Below, piece after piece: positions 23,641 through 35,400 of a stretch of 64,000 bases of DNA. This DNA is from Histomonas meleagridis 2922-C6/04-290x. Its lineage: Eukaryota; Protista; Parabasalia. Each line of letters opens with the position of its first letter. Position 1 is the stretch's first letter. Both the position numbers and the translations under genes were made by a program. The stretch lies in the NCBI GenBank assembly GCA_020184695.1, contig JAANOX010000271.1, forward strand, positions 321,888-385,887, in the 5' to 3' direction. Under the pieces are notes generated by a model. The model did no database searches, was not told the DNA's origin, and saw only the letters and a list, made by a program, of their open reading frames with translations.

Positions 23641-23860
23641 CAGTAAAATATTGCTAAAACATATTTCAAATTATTAAAACATATTCCAAATTATTCAAAT
23701 AAATAGTTTCTGCATTAACATTAATTCCTCTTTATCTAAAAGTAATTTTGCTATTTCTATATTATTATTTTTAACTGCTATATGAAGTGCTGTTTCAAAT
23801 TAAAAAAACATATTACAAATTATTAAAACATATAAAAAATTATTAAAATAATTTTTTTTT
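23641..23860 (-). pseudogene. Isolated ankyrin-repeat cassette flanked by 20-nt-unit linkers
   Basis: The minus strand reads ETALHIAVKNNNIEIAKLLLDKE(1-nt deletion)GINVNAET, with 20-nt periodic AT-rich units on both sides. It is paralogous to 24700-24920. Confidence 0.8.
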
Positions 23861-24410
23861 ATATTCCGAGTTAAACTCACTGTCATCAGTAACTTCAAGT
23901 ACTCCCTGAAAACGTTTCATTTGAAGAAACAAACATATAATTTAATTATTTCTTTTTACTACACGTTAGACTTGTTTGGATATTATTAAGCAACATCGTA
24001 ATAATAACAGAGATTCATATTTCATACATATAGATTTTTCTCTATGGTTTTTTTACAACAAGAAATTACCCTTTGTCCGATCAAAAATCAATCAAAATCT
24101 ATCGGGGAAGACGATACATTCAATTCCTTTCAAATATTGATCGTTCATTTCTGATTGCCCAAAAATATATATGGATAAAAAAAGTGAAATTTAGAACACC
24201 ATGAAACAAATTTTAAAATTTGCTTGCATTTCCAGACATATTCAAACAAAGGGTAATTAAATCATATATGTAATTTTTTATAAACTCGATTATTCATTGA
24301 GATGAAGTGGATCATTTGGATTTAGGTTCAAACATTAATCAAACAAATTTTTACAACTGAATGTTAAATAAAAATCAATAAAACTTTTATGAAAGTTAGA
24401 ATATGTAATG

Positions 24411-24411
<1 letters not shown>

Positions 24412-24455
<44 letters not shown>
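24412..24455. repeat. (TA)22 microsatellite
   Basis: Direct reading. Confidence 0.97.
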
Positions 24456-24458
<3 letters not shown>

Positions 24459-24600
24459 TTCCGGAAATTACTTTTTGTCCTTGGAAATAAATTAGGTAAT
24501 GAGAAATTTTGAATTTTTTCCAAAAAATCTTCGATTTTTTCAAGTAAACCTCAGAAAAACTAACGTACAAAATTTAACGATTCGAGTATATATTGAAAAA

Positions 24601-24700
24601 TATTCTAAATTATTAAAACATATTCCAAATTATTAAAACATATTTCAAATTATTAAAACATATTTCAAATTATTAAAACATATTTCAAATTATTAAAATG
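24601..24700 (-). repeat. Five tandem 20-nt units (plus strand tatttcaaattattaaaaca)
   Basis: Five near-identical 20-mers directly following the last ankyrin repeat on the minus strand. Confidence 0.93.
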
Positions 24701-26028
24701 AATAGTTTTTGCATTAACATCAATTCCTTCTTTATCTAAAAGTAATTTTACTATTTCTATATTATTATTTCTAACTGCTATATGAAGTGCTGTTTCAAAT
24801 TATTAAAACATATTTCAAATTATTAAAATGAATAGTTTTTGCATTAACATCAATTCCTTTATCTAAAAGTAATTTTACTATTTCTATATTATTATTTCTA
24901 ACTGCTATATGAAGTGCTGGATTATATTTTATAATAAAAATTTAAATCGTATTTTAAAATATCAAATTGTTTTAATGAAATTTCAATAAAATTTTCAAAC
25001 ACTTCTCTTTAAATTAATATATTTATGATTAATAAGGTAGTTAAAAAATTCTTCCTTAATAGAAATCTCTGAAATCTCCAAAAAATTTAGTGAAATTTTA
25101 TTATTTCCGAGGAAATATAAAAAAATAAAAATATTTCCTGTTTTAATAGAATTGATGATATGATTCTTATTGATAATCATTCCTTCTTCTTTTAAAAATG
25201 AAAGAAGATCAAAATTATCATGTAAAATACATTCTTTTCCTAATTCTTCTAAATTATTATCAGGATTAATTTTATTTTCATAAAGGTATTTAAAGATATC
25301 ATTTCGATGAAACATAATTGCTGTTTCATATGCATTTTCAAATGATGAATGATTTTGTTCACATAAATGAATGATTTCTTCATTCCCACCTGCAACAGCA
25401 TATTTACCTGTGTTTATTACATTTGCTCCATTCATAAGTAAATATTTAAAACATTTAACTGAAGAAAAAAATGCTGCATAATCAATTAATGTAACATTTG
25501 GTTTGTTAATAAATGAATATCTTTCATAAAGTGATGGTTCAATTATTTGATTAAAATTAAAATTTGTTTGTGATGACATTTCTTGAAGTTTTTTTACTTC
25601 ATCATTACGAATTATTGATGCGATTTTATTTGGATTGTGCCCATTCTTAACATATTTCTTATGAAGTTCAAAATTTTCAGAAAGATCTTTGAAATTATTT
25701 TTATTTTTGAATTTAATCCTTTGAGATTGCAGTTTTATGAATTCTTCTTCTGAAACATAATGTATATAAAAAGGATTATTTTTATTTTGAATAATTTTTT
25801 TGATTAGATTAATTTACTTTCAATCATTTTTTCAAGAAGATAATTTGATTCTTCGTTATTAATTGATAACAAAAATTGAGTAACAACATTAATTAAGGTA
25901 TTATTCGATTTTATTTCTGCTTTCTGTAAATACTTGATGCATAATTTTTCAAATCCTTTAAAAACAAAATATGAATAAATAATTCGTGAAAAACCTGTAC
26001 ACAGACAACAAAAATTCAGATAAATCAT
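24700..26028 (-). pseudogene. DUF3447-ankyrin gene, frameshifted near 25800, with interrupted ankyrin repeats
   Basis: Homologous to 50777-51946 (GHNPNKIA.IIRND, EPSLYER.SFIN, TLIDYAAFFSSVKCFKYL, YAVAGGNEEIIHLCEQ). It is followed by two TALHIAVRNNNIEIVKLLLDK(E)GIDVNAK repeats separated by linkers. Confidence 0.8.
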
Positions 26029-26505
26029 AAATTTTTATACAGTTTGTTAGTAAATAGAAATTTTAACATATATTCAGTTTCAAAAATATGAATTAATTAA
26101 AATATGTAAGAAAATTGAGAAAAAAGATTTTTTCATTTTAACATCCTCTTTAGTGAAGTGAGTTAAAAATCGGAATATTGCAAAAATTACAAAATTAAAT
26201 TGAAAAAAATTATTAAATATATATTACTAAATATGTTCTCTATGAATAATGCTACAGTGTAGGCGTGGATTATATTAAGGTGTCATTCTACAGGTTTTTT
26301 ACTGCTGTGATTTTATATAAAATCTAGGAAAACCCTTAGTTAAAGGTTTTTAACCCTGCTCTTCATGTAAAAATTATTTGTTCAAAGCATTCACTCATAA
26401 TTGTAACTTGTTTTTTAATTGAACGTAAAGAAAAAAAAAAAATACATTTATAACTTACCAAACACAGCTATAAAAATTGGATAAATTAAGTTATTTTTAA
26501 AAAAA

Positions 26506-27603
26506 TTAGAGTTCGTTTTCTATTTTAACTAAAATGTCCCCAAAAGTCGCAGCACCAATTGATGTAACTTCTTTCGGGTTAATGTTTTTTAATATTTCTT
26601 TTCCATGGAAATATTCTTGCACAATTTCTTGTGCTTGCGGAATAAGCGATGAGCCGCCTGCCAAAACAACTTTGTCGATTTCGTTCTTTTCGATTTTTGC
26701 ATCATTCAAAATATCTTTAATTGGATCAAGTAACTTTTGGAAGATGTCTTTGTTGAGTTCTTCAAATTGTTCGCGTGTAATTGTTTCGATAAAATTTTCT
26801 TCATCAATTTTGATTATTGTTTCATTTGAAAATGAAAGTTCACATTTCGCTCTTTCAATGTCACTACTTAATTTTGATGTCATTGTTAAGTTCTTTCCGG
26901 TCTTTTTTTGGTATTTATTCGAAATGTATTCGAAAATACAATTATTGATATCATCACCTCCAATTTGTAAGTCGCTAAAAGAGAGAAGATCAAGGTACCG
27001 AAAATCGTTTTCGAGGAGCGCTACGCTTAATGTAGTACTACCAAAGTCAAAAATCAATATTTTGCTCATATCGTATTTAAGGTTATTAAGGTCATAAGCA
27101 ATCGCAATGGAAACTGGTTTGTAGAGAAGTCTAATGATGTTTAAACCTGATAAGGTGCCCAAATTGATTATTGATTTACGTTGAAAATCATTGAAATAGG
27201 CTGGAATAGTGATAACGGTATCTCTGACTTCATGGCCAAGATGTTTTTCTGCAATTTTCTTTAGTATCCTAAGAATAATGATGATTTCTTCGGGAGAAAA
27301 ATGCTGCTGGATTTCAACATATGAATGATGTCTTGCATAAAAGTTATCAAAAGAAGTATCATTTTTAGCTAACGAAGTAAATTTTTGACCTGTTTCAACA
27401 AATTGTGTGGTTGGCGATATAATTGTAGAAAGTTGTTTATATGCGATAATGTCGACTTTACCATTTTGGAATGCAGTAATACAACAATACTTAGTTCCAA
27501 TGTCTATTCCAAGCACTTGGCCTTGGGAGAAGATAAAAAAGAAGGGAAAAAACATTTTGGTCTGATGGTTGTGTTCCAAGCAGATACATTCAAAAGATGT
27601 CAC
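26506..27603 (-). CDS. Truncated divergent Hsp70-family protein (nucleotide-binding domain only)
   Basis: VLGIDIGT, VITIPAYFNDFQRK, IFDFGSTT, GGDDI, VVLAGGSSLIP, NINPKEVTSIGAA; it ends before the substrate-binding domain. Confidence 0.8.
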   Translation of the reverse strand: MTSFECICLEHNHQTKMFFPFFFIFSQGQVLGIDIGTKYCCITAFQNGKVDIIAYKQLSTIISPTTQFVETGQKFTSLAKNDTSFDNFYARHHSYVEIQQHFSPEEIIIILRILKKIAEKHLGHEVRDTVITIPAYFNDFQRKSIINLGTLSGLNIIRLLYKPVSIAIAYDLNNLKYDMSKILIFDFGSTTLSVALLENDFRYLDLLSFSDLQIGGDDINNCIFEYISNKYQKKTGKNLTMTSKLSSDIERAKCELSFSNETIIKIDEENFIETITREQFEELNKDIFQKLLDPIKDILNDAKIEKNEIDKVVLAGGSSLIPQAQEIVQEYFHGKEILKNINPKEVTSIGAATFGDILVKIENEL

Positions 27604-28536
27604 TTTTTATTATTCGAATGGATTTTTGAAAACCAATGATAAACTATCTAGAGCTACAAATTTTTTAAATTTTATTTGAACATTAGATTCTGTACAGTTT
27701 TCACATACCTGAATATTATATATTTAGTAATATTTTCAAGTTTATGTAGTATATTTACTTCTTGTACACATCATCAACTATTATTCAAGTTAAATGTGAT
27801 TGATATAATAAACCATAGTAAGCTTTACTTGATATTATTGATAATTTCAGATGATATGTAAAGTTTTTTGGTGTCGACACATCATTTTCATTTTCGAATA
27901 ACTGTTATAATACAAAAATTAATATTATTCTTAAACGTGAAACCTTTGGTTAAAAAAAAATTAAAATTAAATAAAATTTTGGTTATATTTACGAAATTAT
28001 TAAAATAATGTTTTGAACATTAATTTTCATCTTGCATTTTTGTTTTAAAAATGATTCACTTTCTTTATCTTTTGCCAATTGATCTTCTTCAATATTAGAT
28101 AAATTCATAATTTTGTACAATGAGACAACAACATTTTCATTTAGTGAACTTTCTTCTGTTGTTTTTTCTTCTTTTTATGAATAACAATTGAAATTGAAGA
28201 GACTGAATTTGCACTTGTAATGTTTTGTATTGATGAGTATATTGAGAACGCACCACATCCGAATAAATATAATATTGTTCCAACTAAAAAATATCTATAA
28301 TTCCTGATGGGTATGATATAAAGTAATTTAATGAAGATCAGCCCATTAAAAGATCAAGCATTTCCATTTTAAAACTTAGAACAGGCTTAATCTAAAATTG
28401 AACTGAGGTATGAAATACATTTCCATATAAAAAATTCAAAAACAGCTAAGATGCAATAAGAAATGATTAAACTATTATTTTTTTTTTGTTAATATATTTT
28501 TATTTATAAATTTTGTCATGACTAATTAAAATGTTT

Positions 28537-31500
28537 TTAGATATATTTTACTATTTCTCCAGACAAATAATCGTCGGCCAACTTTTCCAATCTTTCTTCC
28601 GACAAAAATATTTCGAAACCATTTTCGAAATGTATATTTTCATTTCCAAGTAAATCCAAGTACACTGTTGGCACATTACAAATATAAACTTTTGCATTAT
28701 TTCTTCTTTTATATATCAAACTAATTTTCGAGTGTTCCACATTTAAATCCATCACAAGGTGTAAATCCTCATTTGAATGTTTATAATGTTTTTCCACAGA
28801 ATTACATATTAATTCTCCGTTATACAGATTTATGTAATAATTTTTATCAGAAGATAAAATCTCATCATAATAACCATATGGTTCTTTAGCTAAAAACAAG
28901 AAATTCTTTGGTAATTTCATTAATTCAAATTTATCAAATATATATTCGTTTGCATTATATTTTATATTATATCTTTCACATAAATTTTTATTTGTTAATT
29001 CCATTTCCCAATTAATATTTTCTTCTTTGCCTAAAATGAAATATTCACTTAATCTTATTCGTCTTAAAAATAAATTTAATTCTTTATCTACTAAAAGTAA
29101 AATTTTAAAATGTTCATTATTTTTCGATAAAGCTTCGATTTCTCTATTTGTTATGCCACAATTATTATTAAAATCTTTATTAATACAAGCACAAAATAAC
29201 ATTAAAATGATAATAAGTAAAACTTTTAATAAAAATTTCGACAATTTTTGGTTATTAACTTCTGTAAATCCTCAACGAATTTTATTAGCAATGGATTTAA
29301 ATGATCATCAAATGTTACGAGGTTGTTTTGGATTAAAGATCTTTTTAACTGAAAAGAAAGATGAAATATTTTCACATTTATTTGTATTAATGCAATTATG
29401 TCTTGGATTTATCGAAAATAAAGATCAAATGATTAATATGATTGCTAACACAATTGGTATTTTTGATTTAGAACAAAACAATAAATTAATATATTTCATA
29501 TTTATTCATTTTATTTCAACGTTAATCTTTGATCGCATAGAAATTTATAATAATACAACAGAAAAAATTAATCAAAAATTAATATCGAATTTCTTTCGAT
29601 TAATATACAATATTCAATAGCTAATAATGTTGGAGAACATAAACAAGAATGTAAATCCATTCCATATGGCTCAGCAATAAATGGTTGAAAAGGCATTAAT
29701 TCATTTGGATATTTCGAAATGTATTTAGAATATTTTGATAATATATCATTTGAATTATAAATTGGTGTTAATGGATACCATAAATTTTTCGATTTTAATT
29801 TATAGATTATACCATTTTTTGATGAAGAAGATATTGAAATTGCATCTAAATGAGTTTTAATGATTTTTATATCTGTAATTCGTTTTTCCCTAAAAACTTT
29901 ATTAAATGATTTATATAATTTTGGCTTAAATAATAATTCGATATTAATTTTTGATTAATTTTTTCTGTTGTATTATTATAAATTTCTATGCGATCAAAGA
30001 TTAACGTTGAAATAAAATGAATAAATATGAAATATATTAATTTATTGTTTTGTTCTAAATCAAAAATACCAATTGTGTTAGCAATCATATTAATCATTTG
30101 ATCTTTATTTTCGATAAATCCAAGACATAATTGCATTAATACAAATAAATGTGAAAATATTTCATCTTTCTTTTCAGTTAAAAAGATCTTTAATCCAAAA
30201 CAACCTCGTAACATTTGATGATCATTTAAATCCATTGCTAATAAAATTCGTTGAGGATTTACAGAAGTTAATAACCAAAAATTGTCGAAATTTTTATTAA
30301 AAGTTTTACTTATTATCATTTTAATGTTATTTTGTGCTTGTATTAATAAAGATTTTAATAATAATTGTGGCATAACAAATAGAGAAATCGAAGCTTTATC
30401 GAAAAATAATGAACATTTTAAAATTTTACTTTTAGTAGAATCAGTTAAGATACCATCAGTATAAATATCTTTAAAATATTTTTCACATATAAGAAGTGTA
30501 TTTGTAATATCCAAATTTATTTTTATGTTTTCAACAATTTCATTATAATCTCTTGAAAATGATTTAAAATAATAAATATATGAAACAAATTCATTTTCTT
30601 GTGAACTTTGAAATATATTAGTGAATAAAATTGCATGCGTATCTAAATAGATATCAACTAATCCATCTATTAAACGTTGATAATCATTACTAAAATAATC
30701 ACATGATAAGAAATTTTTTAATCCTTGTGTAACGTATGAATAAAAGAATACAATGCCTTTGCTTCTTAAGTTTGGATCAAGTGAAAATGATAGTTGATAT
30801 TTTTGATATGCTTTCATATCATTCAAATGTTAACAAAAATCAAAATTATATTTTTTATTAATTTCAATCATTGCATATTGTTTAAAAAATTGAAAATGTA
30901 AATCAACTAAAGAATAAATTTTGTTTTTTCGTTGTTTTACTCTTATGTCATATACATGTTTATATATATCAAAAATTTTATTAAGATATACATAACCAAA
31001 ATCAACTTTGAATTGAATATCATTAACAAAGTGCTGAAGCAAATCATTAATAACAGAAATAACATCTTTACTTGACTGTAAATAACTATCAATAATACCA
31101 CCAAATATTTCGTTTTTGCTCATGGATGAAATAATTAAATTTCGATATTTATCACCAATTTCACAAAATCGAAGAAGCCATTTTAACAACTGAATCGCTT
31201 TGGATGGCTCATTGTTAATAAGATTTAGCAGTTGTGCCGATGCAATATCAAAAATTTTAGGAAGGAGTTCTGAGATTGGAAAAGGAATTTCATTTCCTTG
31301 TTGGGGCTTATGAAGTTGACAAGATGATTTCCATTGATATTGGTCACCACAGTCACAATTTCCAATGAGGGTAGTATCTATAAAAATTGAATGTCCATCA
31401 TGATTGCTATTTAAATAACACTTTAAACAAATACAATTAGAATCATCATGTGAACATTCCTTGCAATCAAATGATATTTGGGGAACTGACCATGCCTCCT

Positions 31501-31705
31501 GGCATTTGGAAATATTAGAAATTGAAAGAAGATATTGGATAAAACTATCAAAATTGGGAAACTTTAGGTACTGACAAAGAAAAGATTCCCATGATTGAAT
31601 TGTATCGCCTATATTCATATTCATGAAGGCAGCAAAAAAAAGTTTTAGGGGGGATAGTATTTTGGGTAAAACCTGTATAAAAAATCCATTTTGCGAAGCT
31701 TTCAT
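28537..31705 (-). pseudogene. UBR1-like N-recognin E3 ligase, disrupted by an in-frame stop, a frameshift and an inverted duplication
   Basis: zf-UBR box (CKEC...CICLKC...H.GH...CDCGD...C..H) in 30830-31705. An in-frame TAA at 30830-30832 leads into 29867-30826. A UBR1-like C-terminus (PTVYLDLLGNE...IFLSEERLEKL) lies in 28537-29090. Confidence 0.75.
29087..30439. repeat. 505-bp inverted repeat (arms 29087-29591 and 29935-30439, 343-bp spacer)
   Basis: The arms are reverse complements; ORFs 29027-29620(+) and 29867-30826(-) share the identical peptide STKSKILKC...INQKLISN. Confidence 0.92.
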
Positions 31706-32470
31706 AAATGATGTTCTAAATAATTTAATTTATTTCCAAATATTTGGAAATTGATATTTCAAATATATAAAATAATTATCAAATAAAAAATTCGAATATC
31801 TTTTGAATCAACATCAATTCCTTTTTGATTATAAGGTAATTTTTTCCTTTTTTTTTTTACAATCTCAAATTAAGAATACAAATTCCAAATACTGTTCCAT
31901 TTTTTATACGAATATCAACTTGTTCAAGCAAAAAGTCAAATATTTCGAAATTGAAATCTATTGGAAAAAAACAATTCGATAAATTCAATAGAATTTTTCA
32001 TTTTTTTTTGATTTTATTCAAATAAATATAATAAAAGATATAATTTCATGAAATTCATTTGCAGTTTCATATGCAAAATGAAATGTGTTTAACTGTTTTT
32101 GATGAAAACAATTTTCTTCAATCATTTTTTTCCTAGTAGAAAATTCACTCATATGATTCTTGCAAGTTTATATTCAGAAGAAAATTTTAAACAGAAATCA
32201 CACTTTTTGAAACAAATGCTGGAATTGATCAATCGATTGAATCGTTGTAAAAACACGATATGCATTCAAATTATTCACATCACCTCATATTTCTTCATTC
32301 AGGGAAAAAAAATTTGATTTAAATTTTTTACTAATTTTTATTTATAAATTTTAGTTTAAACTTTTTTTGCCAATAATAATCCAATTTTTGGTTCATTATA
32401 ATGCTTCAACATTCACTTTAAATAACACTTATAATTTTATTTTTATTAAAAAAAACAATTTTTTTTTGTT

Positions 32471-35400
32471 TTACACCCACACGAAACTACCGAACCGTCC
32501 CATATTACAATTATCGCAATTTTCTATCAGATGATTTACCAATTCGAACGGGAAATAGTTATCCATTTTATCAGTATCTTCTCCTACGTCTACCGCCAAT
32601 TTTGTGATTTTCTCATCGAAAGAACTTTCGTCGATTTCCAAAGCCTTTAAATGTAATACGAATTCATTTTTCTTTTGGAACAATGCGTTTGCGATTGTAT
32701 TCCACGTTGCAGTGAACGCTCCGTTCATTACGAACAAAGGCAAAAAAGCTTTAAATTGTGGAATCAAAGGCATATAACCATTCGCAATTCCATTTTTTAT
32801 AAATCCTGGAAAACAAAATCGTTTTCTATCTTTCATAATCATGAAATTAGAATATTGATACAAAACATTTTTGTTTTGACCGAAAATCAAATTAAATATT
32901 GAAGAAGAACTTAAATGTGATGCGAAACTTTGTCGCATGAATAAGAAATCTGTTTTATTACCATTACAACCTTTAATGAACCAATTAATAAAGAGATTTC
33001 TTGGTGAATCGATTAAATGTTTCTCATAAAATGATTTTGGTGAGATATCTTTTGTTAATGAATCATCAAATGCATTTTTTAATAATGAATTTATATCAAA
33101 AGGTTTTATAATGTTTTGTAATGATTTTATTGGTGGTGAAAACATCATTAAAATCGAAGGATGAATTAAAAATGATTTAGGATAAAATACAAATGGATTC
33201 CTCGTGATAGAACTTGGGAATTTCTTAAGACAATGATCAATAATATTTGCTAATAAATATTCATTTTGTGCATATTGATATAATTTAGATGAAACTAAAT
33301 TATAAATTTGGAATTTCCCAGTCGAAAAAAAACATTTCATTTTAGCTTCTTTAGTACCATCTGCAATTAAATATGATTTTATAATTCGATTTGATGATTT
33401 AGGCATATTAATACCATTTAATGAGAAATATTTTTCATTTTTACTAATTTTATATTCGGTCATAAAATAGGGTGGGTTTGCCTGGCAGAATTCGTAAAGT
33501 TCTGAATTTTCGATGTTATTATAAATCGAATTATAATATTGAATAATAGCATCGACTGAATTATCAAGTTTTTGGATATCATTTTTACATTTATTTATGA
33601 AACTAAAGAATATTTCGAATTCTTTTTGTATATTAGAGTTAATATTTAAGATTATATTATTAATTTCTTTAATTACGTTTAAATTTTGTTGATTATTTTT
33701 TATCATTTGATTCCGAATATGATTAAAAGTTAATAAAAACAAAGTTGGATTTGACTTAAAAATGTTTTGGATGAAAGTTGTTGGTATTTCTAATGAAGCG
33801 TTTAATATATATTTAATCCACGGTATTAATATATATTTATTTGTTTTATTTAAATGATTTAATTGTGAACAAAACGTGTTCGCAAATAATGGATTCTTTC
33901 GAATTAATATTAATATCATTGATATATAAATGTTATCATATTTCGATGTCGTATCATTTAATTCATCTAAAAGATATAAAATGATTTTAGTTTGATCATG
34001 TTCAATAATATCTTCTTCTTTTAATTGTATTAATATAGTTAGCCATTGTTTTTTAGTGAATTTATTATTAGAAAGTTCATAAGCATATTGATAATTACAT
34101 AAAAATATCGATAAGTTAATACGTAATAAATTATATAAATTTGAATTTTCGGGTTTTTTTAAGAATTTATATATTCGTTTTAATGATATATTATTAATTG
34201 GAATTGTTTTATATTCTTTTGTTGACTTTTGATATTGGATTAAACCTTCTTTAATACATCCAACTTGTATTAAAAGTTTTGACATTAAATTTTGATTTTG
34301 TTGAATCATTTCATTAATTTCAGGTTTTAATAAGTTTAAAACTTGATTATTATTGATTAACATATAATCATTAAATATTTTATTTTGTAATATAATTCTC
34401 GATAAAATAATTTCATTTTTATCAAGAGTTTTCATTAATTGAAATTTATTTTTATGTATAATATCTTTAATATTAATGTTTTGTTGATTATAAACTTTTA
34501 TCATATCTAAAATTTCAGTATTAATAATTTGTTTGTTTACTATAGGTAAAAAAGTTTGAGAAACAAATGATGTTAATTGACTATTTGATTTAGAAGGTAT
34601 ATCATGAGAAATAGGTAATAACACTTGTGTAATATTTGATTTCGGATGTTCAAATATTAATTCATTTATGTTATCATATATCGAAAGTTCTTGATTATTT
34701 ACTATGTTTCGAAGTTTTAATAATATTAAAAAATATATATCTTCATCATAAAGATTATCAAAGTAATACCCTTTCGATATAGAATAATTAGAAATTTGAT
34801 GAAATAAAACGGCGTTTGTTAAATTCGGATGTTCTGTTTTAAAGATACCTAAGGAATCTTCCCATAAGTTTAAGTCTTCAAGATATTTCATGTTTTTATA
34901 TAAGTTTAATTGTGGATATGGGACTTGATTTATATATTCAGGAAAATTAGTAAAACAATCAGAAAGTGTTGAATTTGGAAATTGATGAATATAATAATTG
35001 ACAAAATTATTTATATTCATATTAACCAAATAACTTAAATTTAATGTTATGAATTTCTTTAAATTTTGTTCATCGATATCATATAATAAAAAATGTATTG
35101 TTTCGGGTAAAAAAAGTTTTAAAAAGATATGTGAATGAATTCGTTCTGGTTGAGAAAACCAATCGAAAGTAAATAAATCATTTATTATATTATTACTTGT
35201 AGTAATTGTTAATATTTTTGTGATGGAATAATTTGATAATAATTCTTTATTGGTATAATTCATTAAAATTTTATGTATATATTTATTCATAGGAAATTTA
35301 ATATGATTTAAATCTAAAATAATTTCTTCTTCATTAAATGGAAAAAATGCTTCAAGAATTATTAAAATTTTATTAATGATTTTAAACTCATATTCATTCT

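Noticed and set aside
28060-28380. Minus-strand fragment resembling a membrane-protein C-terminus
   Set aside because: Short and frameshifted with no recognisable family.
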